Source: an uncultured Gammaproteobacteria bacterium
Lineage (GTDB): Bacteria; Patescibacteriota; Microgenomatia; CAZXEC01
DNA length: 64,000 bases
Direction of reading: 5' to 3'
Assembly: GCA_964639595.1 (NCBI GenBank)
Contig: CAZXEC010000001.1
Span: forward strand, 88,111 to 152,110
The notes below the pieces were generated by a model. The model worked only from the letters and a program-made list of their open reading frames with translations. It was not told where the DNA came from and did no database searches. Below are positions 1 through 9,846 of the stretch, piece by piece; positions within the stretch are counted from its first letter, which is position 1, and each line of letters starts with the position of its first letter. The translations under genes were made by a program, and so were the position numbers.

Positions 1-945
1 TTTACGCCGGTTGAAAAAGCTCTAAAAGATGCCAAACTGGATGCCAAAAAAATTGACGAAGTGGTGTTGGTTGGCGGTATGACCAGAATGCCCAAGGTAC
101 AAGAAGCAGTCAAACAGTTTTTTGGCAAAGACCCTCACAAAGGCATCAATCCTGATGAAGTAGTGGCAATTGGAGCAGCTGTCCAAGCTGGGGTGTTAAT
201 GGGTGAAACCAAAGATGTAGTGCTGTTGGATGTGACTCCGTTGACATTAGGAATTGAAACTTTAGGTGGTGTGTCCACCCCATTGATTTCCAGAAATACT
301 ACCATTCCTACTTCCAAGTCGGAAATTTTCTCCACAGCTGCTGACAATCAGACCCAAGTGGAGATTAATGTTCTACAAGGTGAGCGACCAATGGCGGCTG
401 ATAATAAATCACTGGGCAGGTTTATCCTGGATGGTCTGCCGCCGGCTCCTCGGGGTCTGCCACAGGTGGAGGTAACCTTTGATATTGATGCTAATGGTAT
501 TTTGAATGTTTCTGCGGCCGATAAAGCCACCGGTAAAAAGCAAAAAATTACCATTACCGGTTCTACCGGTTTGTCGAAAGATGAGGTCGATCGTATGATC
601 AAAGAGGCAGAAGTCAGAGTTGAAGAAGATAAGAAGAAAAAAGAACAGGTAGAGGTCAAAAATCAAGCCGACTCTTTGGTGTTTACCGCCGAGAAAGCCT
701 TAAAAGATGCCGGAGACAAAGTCAGCGCTGATGTTAAAAGCGCGGTGGAAGAAAAAATAGCCGCTGTCAAGCAAGCTTTGCAAAAAGATGACGTTGACGA
801 CCTGCAGAAAAAAACCAAAGAATTATCAGAGGCTTTGTCACAAGTTGGCCAATCAATGTACAGTGCTCAAACACCAGAACAGCCGGAGGATAAGAAAAAG
901 GATGAAGCAGTAGAGGGTGAAGTGGTGGATGAGAAGAAAAATTAA
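1..945 (+). CDS. dnaK: Chaperone DnaK (Hsp70), C-terminal part; the gene starts upstream of the window
   Basis: The in-frame translation from nt 1 reads [14 protein letters not shown]...[17 protein letters not shown]...[29 protein letters not shown]...[16 protein letters not shown]. This is the typical Hsp70 substrate-binding and lid region. Stop at 943-945. Confidence 0.95.
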   Translation, partial: FTPVEKALKDAKLDAKKIDEVVLVGGMTRMPKVQEAVKQFFGKDPHKGINPDEVVAIGAAVQAGVLMGETKDVVLLDVTPLTLGIETLGGVSTPLISRNTTIPTSKSEIFSTAADNQTQVEINVLQGERPMAADNKSLGRFILDGLPPAPRGLPQVEVTFDIDANGILNVSAADKATGKKQKITITGSTGLSKDEVDRMIKEAEVRVEEDKKKKEQVEVKNQADSLVFTAEKALKDAGDKVSADVKSAVEEKIAAVKQALQKDDVDDLQKKTKELSEALSQVGQSMYSAQTPEQPEDKKKDEAVEGEVVDEKKN

Positions 946-980
946 TAATGATGAATGATCAGTGATGAATTAAGAATTAG

Positions 981-1859
981 GTGGAAGCAGAAATAAAATT
1001 TATGAACAAGGATGATTATTACAAACTGTTAGGTATTTCCAAAAACGCTTCTGCTGATGAGATCAAGAGAGCCTATCGAGTATTGGCACGCAAACATCAT
1101 CCCGACGTCGATAAATCTCCAGGCTCAACCGAAAAATTCAAAGCCATCAATGAAGCTTATGAAGTTTTATCTGACCCGCAAAAAAAGCAAGCCTATGATC
1201 AGTTTGGCCATGCTGCTTTTTCCCCTGGCGGCGGCTTTTCCCAAGGGCAAGGTACCAGTCCCTTTCCGGGAGGATTTGGTTTTTGGACCGGTGGTAGCGG
1301 CGGGCAGAGAGTTAATGTTGATTTTGATTTTGGCGGCTTTTCCGACCCATTTGAAATTTTTGAACAATTTTTCGGTCGAGGTTTTGGCCAGGGTTATGCC
1401 AGAACGCCGGTTTATCAATTGACTTTGACTTTTGATGAAGCAGTTGGCGGTGTTGAGAAAGAGTTAAGTATTAACGGGAAAAAAATTAAGGTAAAAATTC
1501 CAGCAGGAGTTGATGATGGGTCTAGAATTCGTTTTGGCGATTTTTATGTGTTGTGCCAGGTGGCACCCCACCATATTTTCCGCCGGGAAGGCTATGATAT
1601 TTATGTTGATAAAAAAATCAATGTGGCTCAAGCAGTGTTGGGCGATACTATCGAGGTGGAGACGATTGACGGTAAAGTCAAAATCAAAATACCAACAGGC
1701 ACACAGCCACAAACCGCCATCAGACTGCGTGGTAAGGGCGTGCCTCATCCCAGAAGAAATCTGCGCGGCGATCAGTATGTCCGCATTAACGTGGAAATTC
1801 CCCAAAAATTATCCGGGAATGAGAAAAGATTATATGAAGACTTAAAAAAACTACGGTAG
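981..1859 (+). CDS. dnaJ: DnaJ-family co-chaperone (J domain, G/F-rich region, C-terminal domains) with no CxxCxGxG zinc-finger repeats
   Basis: J domain [31 protein letters not shown] with the HPD motif. A Gly/Phe-rich linker follows. No Cys-rich repeats. Lies immediately downstream of dnaK. Confidence 0.85.
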   Translation: MEAEIKFMNKDDYYKLLGISKNASADEIKRAYRVLARKHHPDVDKSPGSTEKFKAINEAYEVLSDPQKKQAYDQFGHAAFSPGGGFSQGQGTSPFPGGFGFWTGGSGGQRVNVDFDFGGFSDPFEIFEQFFGRGFGQGYARTPVYQLTLTFDEAVGGVEKELSINGKKIKVKIPAGVDDGSRIRFGDFYVLCQVAPHHIFRREGYDIYVDKKINVAQAVLGDTIEVETIDGKVKIKIPTGTQPQTAIRLRGKGVPHPRRNLRGDQYVRINVEIPQKLSGNEKRLYEDLKKLR

Positions 1860-1925
1860 TTTACCGAGGTTTTTAAATCATAAAGATTCGTTACCCTTCT
1901 TAGTATACAATAGCCCTTGTAAATC

Positions 1926-2333
1926 ATGATCAGGATCAGAATAGCCAAACCCAAAAACGTTAAGGCCATTTTTAAATTAGTCAACCAGGAAGCCAGACAC
2001 GGTAAAATTTTGCCCCGCACCAGAAGTGAGATTCAAAAAGAGATCTCTTCTTTTTTTGTCGCTGAAGAAAAAAAACAAATTGTGGGCTGTGTACAGTTGG
2101 ATGTTTACAGTAAGAAACTAGCGGAAATACGTAGTTTGGTGGTGGATAAAAATTTTCGCTCCAATGGTATCGGCTCTAGCCTATTGCGATTATGCCTCAA
2201 ACGTGCCAAACAAAAAAGGATCAGGGAAGTGTTGGCAGTCACCGCGGACATGCCGTATTTCAAAAAACATGGCTTCAAGACTGTCTTGGATGAGAAATTT
2301 GCCTTGTTTTGGCAAGGATCAAAAAGAAGATGA
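1926..2333 (+). CDS. GNAT-family N-acetyltransferase
   Basis: 135 aa. Acetyl-CoA-binding-like motif IRSLVVDKNFRSNGIGSSLL (R/Q-x-x-G-x-G/A pattern). Confidence 0.65.
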   Translation: MIRIRIAKPKNVKAIFKLVNQEARHGKILPRTRSEIQKEISSFFVAEEKKQIVGCVQLDVYSKKLAEIRSLVVDKNFRSNGIGSSLLRLCLKRAKQKRIREVLAVTADMPYFKKHGFKTVLDEKFALFWQGSKRR

Positions 2334-2435
2334 GTTTGACCTTAGGGCCTACATTATAGTAATATAGTGTTAGGTTAAAGACGTATGGGGTGGGTCACAT
2401 GAGCCCGCCCTTGTTGGTCTTAAGGGATAAAAACT

Positions 2436-3524
2436 ATGCCGCAAGCCAGAACTGAATTTGTAGCAGCGATAAATCAGCTCGCGTCCGAGCGTGGCTTGGA
2501 TGTCGATACTATTATGGAGGCTATTAAAGCCGCCATTGTGGCAGCCTACAAAAAAGATTATTCACCAGAAGCTGTTGATAATATAGAAGCTAAGTTAAAT
2601 CCACAATCAGGTGAGGTTTCCCTGACCCAAGCAGGCAAAAATATCACCCCAGCCGGTTTTGGCCGAATCGCTGCTCAAACTGCCAAGCAAGTAATATTAC
2701 AAAGAATCAGGGAGGCAGAAAAGAGTGCTATTCTAGCTGAATACGAAAAGAGGGTGGGGACAATTGTTAATGGCATGATTCAAAGGATGGAAGGCTATAA
2801 TATCTATGTTGATTTGGGTAAAACCGATGCCTTGATGCCTCCATCTGAACAAAGTCAGCAAGAACATTACCGTCCTAATCAAAGATTAACTGTCTATATT
2901 TCAGCAATTTCCCAAACCCCCCGCGGACCAGTGGTGGTGGTATCCCGAGCTGCCAACGAGTTGGTATCGTTGCTTTTTAAGCGGGAAGTGCCGGAAATTT
3001 CCTCTGGAGCAGTGGAAATTAAAGCCATTGCCAGGGAAGCCGGCGCTAGGACTAAGATTGCCGTTTTTTCCAATCAAGCTGGAGTTGATCCGATTGGATC
3101 TTGCGTTGGCCAAAAAGGCGTTAGGGTGCAAGCAGTAATATCCGAATTGGGCGATGAGAAAATTGACGTGATTGCCTATTCCCAAGATCTGGAAAAATTC
3201 ATCGAGGCAGCCCTCTCGCCAGCCAAAGAGCTAAGAGTCAAAATTGATAAAGAAACGCAAACTGCCCTGGTGACTGCTCCTGACGATCAGCTATCCTTGG
3301 CTATTGGTAAAGATGGACAAAATGTCAGGCTGGCCTCCAAATTAACTGGGTATAGAATAGATATTAGGGGTAAAAGCCAGTCAGAGGCAGAAGAAAAGGA
3401 AAAACTGGCGACACCAGATACAAAACCAGCTAAAGCTAAAGGAACGACTAAAGCCAAAAAAGCTGCCAAGAAATCAAAAGTTAAAAAAGCAAAAAAAGAG
3501 GTAGAAATAACAGCGACAGAATAA
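2436..3524 (+). CDS. nusA: Transcription termination/antitermination factor NusA with a lysine-rich C-terminal tail
   Basis: N-terminal NusA domain, S1-like region and KH regions (GSCVGQKGVRVQAV..., LAIGKDGQNVRLAS). Conserved nusA-infB neighbourhood. Confidence 0.9.
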   Translation: MPQARTEFVAAINQLASERGLDVDTIMEAIKAAIVAAYKKDYSPEAVDNIEAKLNPQSGEVSLTQAGKNITPAGFGRIAAQTAKQVILQRIREAEKSAILAEYEKRVGTIVNGMIQRMEGYNIYVDLGKTDALMPPSEQSQQEHYRPNQRLTVYISAISQTPRGPVVVVSRAANELVSLLFKREVPEISSGAVEIKAIAREAGARTKIAVFSNQAGVDPIGSCVGQKGVRVQAVISELGDEKIDVIAYSQDLEKFIEAALSPAKELRVKIDKETQTALVTAPDDQLSLAIGKDGQNVRLASKLTGYRIDIRGKSQSEAEEKEKLATPDTKPAKAKGTTKAKKAAKKSKVKKAKKEVEITATE

Positions 3525-3553
3525 CATGCCAATTAGTTCCATGGCGTTAAATT

Positions 3554-5062
3554 TTGCCGAATATCAACCAGAAAGAAGTATTTATTGTGGACAAGAAAAA
3601 CCTAACCAGTGCTTTACCTATTCGCCCGCCGGTTGTGACAATTTTAGGCCATGTTGATCATGGTAAAACCACACTGTTGGATGCTATTCGTACTGCTAAT
3701 GTGGCTGTCCGTGAGCATGGCGGTATTACTCAACATATCGGTGCTTATCAAATAATCTATAAAAATTCTCCTATTACTTTCATTGATACTCCCGGACACG
3801 CAGCTTTTTCTGCCATGCGCTCTCGAGGCGCCAGAGTTGCCGATATTATTATTTTGGTGGTGGCAGCAGATGACGGAGTAAAACCCCAAACTAAAGAAGC
3901 CATCAAAATTGCCAAAGAGACGAAAGTGCCAATTATTGTGGCTGCCAATAAAATGGATTTACCGGGTGCTAATTTGGAAAAATTAAAGCAGCAATTGTCC
4001 CAGGAAGGAGTGTTAGTAGAGGGATATGGTGGTGATGTGGTGATTTTGCCAATTTCTGCCAAAACCAAACAGGGTCTTGATGATCTGCTGGGAATGATTG
4101 TGTTAGTTGCCCAGATGCAAGAGCTAAAAGCTGATCCCAAAACTACTCCATCGGCAGTGGTGATCGAATCAAGATTGGACAGGAATCGAGGGCCAGTGGC
4201 CACGGTCATTGTTAAGGAAGGAACATTGAAAGCAGGAGATCGAATTGAGGTAGAGGGGATAACTGGGAAAATCAAAGCACTAATCGATGACCAAGGAAAA
4301 AATATCAAAGAAGCACAACCTGCCAAACCAGTGGAGATTTTAGGACTGTCTCAAGTTCCTTCGGTGGGGACAGTTATAGAAGAGGCCAAGGGTGTACCAG
4401 CAAAACGTCAGGTTAGTATACGGAGATCTCCGGCATATCAAATGCAGACTATTGATAGCTTGCCAACATTGCTAACACCAGTCAGCACAGATAAAAAATT
4501 ATCAGTAGTGTTAAAAGCAGATGTGGCAGGATCACTGGAGGCAATTGTCGAATCCATACCAAAAGAGATTAAGATTGTATCAATGGCCACTGGTAACATT
4601 ACCCCTTCTGATATTTTGCAAGCTTCCAGCGTGGGGGGCCTGGTAATTGGTTTTAATGTTGGCTTCACCACCGAAGCAGAAAGACTGGCGGTCCAAGAGA
4701 AAGTACTGGTAAAAACTTACCAAGTGATTTATGAATTATTAGAAGAGATTGGGGAAGTATCTAAATCATTATCACAACAAGTCGGTCGCGGTAAGATTAG
4801 TAACAGGGCAGATATTATTGCTGAGTTCGGCTCTGGTAAATCCAGAGTTGCCGGTTGTTTAGTGCAAGAAGGCAGCATGAAAACTGGTCAGACTGTTAAC
4901 CTAGTCAGAGACGGGCAAACCATAGGCCAAGCCAAAATTGTTTCACTGCGGCGAGGCAAAGAGACAGTAGATCAAGCCCCTAAAGGAATAGAATGTGGGA
5001 TGGTTATTGATCCGCAACTTGACTTTCAAGTGGGTGATCAGATAGAATCCCATAGTAAGTAA
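3554..5062 (+). CDS. infB: Translation initiation factor IF-2, minimal form (G domain onward, 502 aa; TTG start)
   Basis: [13 protein letters not shown]1 motif about 30 aa from the start, then DTPGH and NKMD. C-terminal IF2 beta-barrel domains. An in-frame stop 6 nt upstream bounds the ORF. Confidence 0.9.
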   Translation: MPNINQKEVFIVDKKNLTSALPIRPPVVTILGHVDHGKTTLLDAIRTANVAVREHGGITQHIGAYQIIYKNSPITFIDTPGHAAFSAMRSRGARVADIIILVVAADDGVKPQTKEAIKIAKETKVPIIVAANKMDLPGANLEKLKQQLSQEGVLVEGYGGDVVILPISAKTKQGLDDLLGMIVLVAQMQELKADPKTTPSAVVIESRLDRNRGPVATVIVKEGTLKAGDRIEVEGITGKIKALIDDQGKNIKEAQPAKPVEILGLSQVPSVGTVIEEAKGVPAKRQVSIRRSPAYQMQTIDSLPTLLTPVSTDKKLSVVLKADVAGSLEAIVESIPKEIKIVSMATGNITPSDILQASSVGGLVIGFNVGFTTEAERLAVQEKVLVKTYQVIYELLEEIGEVSKSLSQQVGRGKISNRADIIAEFGSGKSRVAGCLVQEGSMKTGQTVNLVRDGQTIGQAKIVSLRRGKETVDQAPKGIECGMVIDPQLDFQVGDQIESHSK

Positions 5063-5063
5063 T

Positions 5064-6101
5064 ATGCTTCCAGCGCACGAGATAACTAAAGTCAGAGAAC
5101 TGCTCCTGCAGTCAAAAAATATTTTGATTGCTCTGCCTCAAAATCCCAATGTTGACCAAACAGCCGCGGCATTATGTTTATATTTTGCCTTAAAGAAAGT
5201 TGGTAAAAGTGCCCAGGTGGTTTGTGCTGATCGCCCGACTGTAGAATTATCAGCAGTGATTGGAGCAGATTTGATTTCAGATCAGGTGAGCGGCGGCAAT
5301 CTGGTGATCTCTATTGATTACACAGAAGGATCGATAGAAAAGGTCAGCTATAATGTGGAAGGTGACAAATTTAATTTGGTGATCCATACCCCGCCGGACG
5401 CATCCCCGGTTACAACTGACAAAATCCGTTTCTCTTCCAGTGGTATGGTGGCAGATTGTATAGTTTGTATCGGGGCTTTGTCCCTGGATGATTTAGGGAA
5501 AATAGTCAAAGATAATCAAGCATCATTTTCGCAAGCAACCATTGTTAATATTGATAGACAAACAGCCAATACCCGCTATGGTTCAATCAATGTAATTGAT
5601 AAAATAGCCAGTTCTATCTCGGAGATGGTTTTTTTGATTTTGAGATCTTTATCGCAGGAGCCAGACCCGGATATTGTCAGAAATGTTTTCGCGGGAGTTT
5701 TGTCTGCCACTGATAATTTCCAGAGTCCCCATGTTTCGCCGGAAGCATTTGAGGCAGCTGCCTGGTGTCTGCGTCATGGAGCTAGACCTAAAAATAAACA
5801 ACCTGATCAGGCACTGCTATTAGAACAAAAGCCGACTGCCATAACTAAAGATGCCAGCGAATTGTTTACCAAAATTTTTGCCAAAGATGCAGCAGATGTT
5901 TTACCGGTCGTAGGCAATCCCGTGCCAAACCCCAAGCCAGACGTTATCAATGAGCAAAAAGTCGTCAATCAACAGCTGGCTAATTTTAAGATGAGTCAAG
6001 AGCTGGATGATATCGAAGATGATGTCCCAGACGATCCATTGATGGTTGATCCCAACTGGACCAAACCTCCCAAAGTTTACAGGGGCAGCTCGGAATCTTA
6101 A
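5064..6101 (+). CDS. NrnA-like DHH-family phosphoesterase homologue (catalytic motifs not evident)
   Basis: 345 aa in the conserved infB-(rbfA)-nrnA-rpsO-pnp position. The N-terminal ILIALPQNPNVDQTAAALCL resembles NrnA motif I (HxNPDGDAxGS) but has substitutions. No DHH triad was found. Confidence 0.35.
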   Translation: MLPAHEITKVRELLLQSKNILIALPQNPNVDQTAAALCLYFALKKVGKSAQVVCADRPTVELSAVIGADLISDQVSGGNLVISIDYTEGSIEKVSYNVEGDKFNLVIHTPPDASPVTTDKIRFSSSGMVADCIVCIGALSLDDLGKIVKDNQASFSQATIVNIDRQTANTRYGSINVIDKIASSISEMVFLILRSLSQEPDPDIVRNVFAGVLSATDNFQSPHVSPEAFEAAAWCLRHGARPKNKQPDQALLLEQKPTAITKDASELFTKIFAKDAADVLPVVGNPVPNPKPDVINEQKVVNQQLANFKMSQELDDIEDDVPDDPLMVDPNWTKPPKVYRGSSES

Positions 6102-6158
6102 TGATTGCTAAAGTAAGATGATTTTGCTATAATAGACTTCAACTTAAAATAGAAGTGT

Positions 6159-6509
6159 ATGCCAAAGAAGAAAAAGGCAGTAGGAAAGAAGACAAAAACT
6201 ACTGCTAAATCCACTAAGAGTCAACCTAAAAAAATCAAACAGGCTATCCCTGTGGCTGGCAAAGCCAAAATTATTAAAGAATATGCCATACACAGTCATG
6301 ATACAGGCTCTCCTGAAGTGCAAGTCGCACTGCTGTCTTCCAGGATTGGTAATTTAACGAATCACCTGAAAGATCATCCCAAGGATGTACATTCCAGAAG
6401 AGGCTTGTTGTCAATGGTTAATAAACGTCGTAAACTATTGTTGTATTTAATGAAAAAAAATGATGAAAGGTATAAAGTAGTTATAGGCAAATTAGGACTG
6501 AGTAAATAG
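6159..6509 (+). CDS. rpsO: 30S ribosomal protein S15 with a lysine-rich N-terminal extension
   Basis: C-terminal two-thirds is [47 protein letters not shown], the S15 signature. A TGcTATAAT extended -10 lies at about 6123-6131. Confidence 0.9.
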   Translation: MPKKKKAVGKKTKTTAKSTKSQPKKIKQAIPVAGKAKIIKEYAIHSHDTGSPEVQVALLSSRIGNLTNHLKDHPKDVHSRRGLLSMVNKRRKLLLYLMKKNDERYKVVIGKLGLSK

Positions 6510-6601
6510 TAGTAATTTTCCTTGAAAAAAGGACTTCCTCATAAAAAGAGAAAGAACTACTCGGCAAAAACCCTAACGAAAATTTGTTGAAAAGTTGTAC
6601 T

Positions 6602-8764
6602 ATGGAAAAAATAGTAAAAGAGCTAGATTTAGTTGGTAAAAAATTAAGCCTAGAAACCGGCCGTTTTGTTAAACATGCCAACGGTTCAGTCCTGGCGCGT
6701 ATCGGCGATACAGTAGTTTTGGCTACCGTGGTCATGTCAGTCCCCCGCCAAGATTTAGACTACTTTCCCCTATCAGTAGATTACGAGGAAAGACTTTATG
6801 CAGGAGGTAGGATTTCTTCTTCTAAATTTATCAAACGAGAAAATCGCCCTTCAGAGGCGGCAATCTTAGCAGGCAGATTAATTGATAGGTCAATTAGACC
6901 CCTTTTCCCCAAAGATCTTAACAATGAAGTTCAAGTAATTACTACGGTATTGTCGTTTGATGGAGCTAATGATGCGGATATGGTGGCATTATTGGGAGTG
7001 TCGGCAGCCTTGGCTATTTCTGATATTCCTTGGAAAGGCCCTATTAGTGCAGTGCGGGTCGGCTTGGTTGAAGGAGCGTATATTTTTTATCCCACCAGAC
7101 AAGAATTAGCCAACTCACAGCTTGATTTGGTTGTATCAGGAGGAAAAGACGGAGTAGTTATGGTTGAGGCTGGGGCTCGTGAACTGGCTGAGCAAGAAAC
7201 AATAACAGCCATTACCCAGGGTCAGGAATTTAATTTGAAACTGGTTTCTTTTATTGAAGATTTTGTCAAGGAAGCTGGAAAGTCCAAGGCAGCCTATACT
7301 ACCAAGACCCTTGACCCTGAACAGGAAAAAGCAGTCAGAGACTATATAGAAAAAGAATTTATTCCGCAGTTGTCTGACCCAGAAGTAGCGCAAGACGAGC
7401 AATTTGCCCCGATGTGTTATCAGAAACTAGAAGAAGTTTTTAGTGAAACAATAGCCAAGGGACAGTTAGTCCATCTGTTGGATGATTGTGTGAAGAAGTT
7501 TATTAGAAAACAAATCCTGGAGAAAGGTAAAAGGATTGATGGCCGCAAAAATAATCAGATTCGGCCTTTAACAATTGAAGTAGAAGTTTTACCAAGAACT
7601 CATGGGTCTGCACATTTTAAACGCGGTGATACCCAAATCTTGACTATTGTCACATTAGGCTCTCCTTCACTGGAGCAATTAATTGAAGGGATGAGGGGTG
7701 AAGAAACCAAAAGATACATGCATCATTATAATTTTCCACCTTTTGCCACTGGTGAGGTTAAAAGAATTGGGACAACCGGTAGGCGAGAAATCGGTCACGG
7801 TGCATTAGCAGAAAGAGCTTTAATTCCTGTTCTGCCACCAGAGGAAAAATTCCCTTATGCTATTAGGGTAGTGTCTGAAGTGTTAACCTCTGCCGGTTCT
7901 ACTTCGATGGGTTCTGTCTGCGGTTCTACTTTGGCATTAATGGATGCCGGGGTACCGATTACTGCGCCAGTGGCTGGTATTGCCATGGGGCTTGTGACCG
8001 ATGCGGCGTCTGATAAATACGTAGTTTTGACAGACATTGCTTACGCAGAAGATGCTGGTGGTGATATGGACTTCAAAGTAGCAGGAACAGAGAAAGGCAT
8101 CACTGCTTTGCAGATGGACGTTAAACTAACAGGGATTCCAGCCAAAGTTTTGGCGCAAGCCATTGCTGAAGCACGGGAAGGTAGAATGTTTATCTTGGGT
8201 AAGATGAAAGAAGCTTTGCCGGAAATCAGAGGAGAAGTTTCCCCTCATGCCCCCAGGATACAAATGATTAGTATTGACCCAGCGAAAATTGGTCAAGTGA
8301 TCGGTTCCGGTGGTAAAACCATAAACCAGATTATAGCAACCACCGGAGTCGCCATTGATATTGAAGATGATGGGAAGATTACTATTACCTCCAAAGATCA
8401 AACAGCCGCCCAGAAGGCAATTGGCATCATTGAAGGTTTAACCCATGAGGTAAAACCAGGCGAAATATATGAAGGCGAAGTAAAAAGAATCATGACTTTC
8501 GGGGCTTTTGTGGAGATATTACCAAGCAAAGAAGGTCTAGTTCACATTTCACAACTGTCTCCTGTTAGGGTAGAAAGGGTAGAGGACGTGGTACAGATTG
8601 GGCAGAAGGTTAGAGTGAGAGTTACTGAGATAGACCCGCAAGGTCGAATTAACTTATCTATGAAGTTTGGTCAAGATGCAGAGGATAATCCCAGAAGAGA
8701 TGATCATCGTTCCATCATCAGAGGCGACTACAGCGGGGAGAGGTTCAGACGGAAGAGATTTTAG
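6602..8764 (+). CDS. pnp: Polynucleotide phosphorylase (PNPase)
   Basis: Two RNase PH-like domains, then a KH domain (IGQVIGSGGKTINQI) and an S1 domain. The ATG at 6602 was chosen over the upstream TTG at 6584. Confidence 0.93.
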   Translation: MEKIVKELDLVGKKLSLETGRFVKHANGSVLARIGDTVVLATVVMSVPRQDLDYFPLSVDYEERLYAGGRISSSKFIKRENRPSEAAILAGRLIDRSIRPLFPKDLNNEVQVITTVLSFDGANDADMVALLGVSAALAISDIPWKGPISAVRVGLVEGAYIFYPTRQELANSQLDLVVSGGKDGVVMVEAGARELAEQETITAITQGQEFNLKLVSFIEDFVKEAGKSKAAYTTKTLDPEQEKAVRDYIEKEFIPQLSDPEVAQDEQFAPMCYQKLEEVFSETIAKGQLVHLLDDCVKKFIRKQILEKGKRIDGRKNNQIRPLTIEVEVLPRTHGSAHFKRGDTQILTIVTLGSPSLEQLIEGMRGEETKRYMHHYNFPPFATGEVKRIGTTGRREIGHGALAERALIPVLPPEEKFPYAIRVVSEVLTSAGSTSMGSVCGSTLALMDAGVPITAPVAGIAMGLVTDAASDKYVVLTDIAYAEDAGGDMDFKVAGTEKGITALQMDVKLTGIPAKVLAQAIAEAREGRMFILGKMKEALPEIRGEVSPHAPRIQMISIDPAKIGQVIGSGGKTINQIIATTGVAIDIEDDGKITITSKDQTAAQKAIGIIEGLTHEVKPGEIYEGEVKRIMTFGAFVEILPSKEGLVHISQLSPVRVERVEDVVQIGQKVRVRVTEIDPQGRINLSMKFGQDAEDNPRRDDHRSIIRGDYSGERFRRKRF

Positions 8765-8811
8765 GCTATAAAAATATATCCTCAAGCTGTAAAATTACTC
8801 CTAGAAAATCA

Positions 8812-9846
8812 ATGTTTACCTTATCGCGCCTACCGCTGCTAGTTCTTATTGTTTGTACCATTGTATTGATCATCTATTCTTTTGTAGGCGTTGGTTCGTC
8901 AGTTAAAATTATTCCTACATCGCAGGGGGTTGCTATGATTTTTCAAATCTATCCTGCTGATAAAGGTGTCTATGAAAAGTTAGGCCAACAGCTAGATGTC
9001 ACAGGATTATTTGATCAACCCATCACCTTATCTTTAGATGCCCAAAGTAGATTTTTAGTAAAAGATTGGCCAGGACTCACTTTCAATATTAGTTATTCTG
9101 ACAGTGTAGTTAATTTCGGCAGTCAATCAATAGTTGATAGACTAAAAGATTATTTCAAGACTGACAAAACTGAATGGAAAATCTTACAATTTTTGCCAGA
9201 AGATACTGTTTTATGGGCCAAAATGGCCAGCCATGATTTCTGGCAATTTTGGCCGGTCAGCTGGCCCAATGATACAAAAGACTTTTTAGAGGAATTTTTA
9301 ACTGGTGATGCAATTTTGGCGATAGTTCCTGATGGTGGTAATCTGGGGGTAGTTGCAATCAGTCGAGATTTGCCAGATCCAGAACAAACGATGAAGAAAT
9401 TCCAACAGTTGTCTAAGCCCATGATGGCTGTTTTTGCAGAAGATACCATAGAGGACATTCAGGTTTGGTCGCAAGTTTCTACCATGCCTGAAAATTCTTG
9501 GTGGCTGTTTTATTACCAAGACACTTGGGTATTATCATCATCGGCTAACTTAGCCAGACAAGAGGCAGCTCTTGTTAAAAGTAACGGTAGTAGTATTTTA
9601 CAAAACCTTGGTTTTATAACAGTTTCCCGTGATGCTGGCAAATTCTGGCAGAGGCAGATTTATTGGCGGGGCCCCAAAGAGAATATCAAATTGCCACAAA
9701 AAATTAACCTGGCCGCCTATGGTACAATCAATTTAGGACAAAAAGATTTAGTTTTTGAAAGTTTGATTAACAAGATCGCAGCTATAATGATTGTACAGTC
9801 GGATTACATTATCAAAGGCAAGGTGTTGTTAGATGACAGCAAGTAA
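8812..9846 (+). CDS. Hypothetical membrane-anchored protein (N-terminal TM helix)
   Basis: 344 aa. Hydrophobic N-terminus LPLLVLIVCTIVLIIYSFVGV. No recognisable catalytic motif. Confidence 0.4.
   Translation: MFTLSRLPLLVLIVCTIVLIIYSFVGVGSSVKIIPTSQGVAMIFQIYPADKGVYEKLGQQLDVTGLFDQPITLSLDAQSRFLVKDWPGLTFNISYSDSVVNFGSQSIVDRLKDYFKTDKTEWKILQFLPEDTVLWAKMASHDFWQFWPVSWPNDTKDFLEEFLTGDAILAIVPDGGNLGVVAISRDLPDPEQTMKKFQQLSKPMMAVFAEDTIEDIQVWSQVSTMPENSWWLFYYQDTWVLSSSANLARQEAALVKSNGSSILQNLGFITVSRDAGKFWQRQIYWRGPKENIKLPQKINLAAYGTINLGQKDLVFESLINKIAAIMIVQSDYIIKGKVLLDDSK

Noticed and set aside
135-666. Minus-strand ORFs (70, 103, 85 aa) inside dnaK
   Set aside because: Antisense shadow ORFs within a high-confidence Hsp70 coding frame; low-complexity translations; no start or RBS context.
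1057-1845. Alternative-frame ORFs (121, 83, 113, 111 aa) overlapping dnaJ
   Set aside because: They overlap the clear J-domain protein frame and lack recognisable motifs.
2334-2435. Possible small RNA/tRNA in the GNAT-nusA spacer (GGGTGGGTCACATGAGCCCGCCC hairpin)
   Set aside because: It forms a 7-bp GC stem, but there is no cloverleaf, no U-tail and no known motif I can recognise. Likely a simple leader structure.
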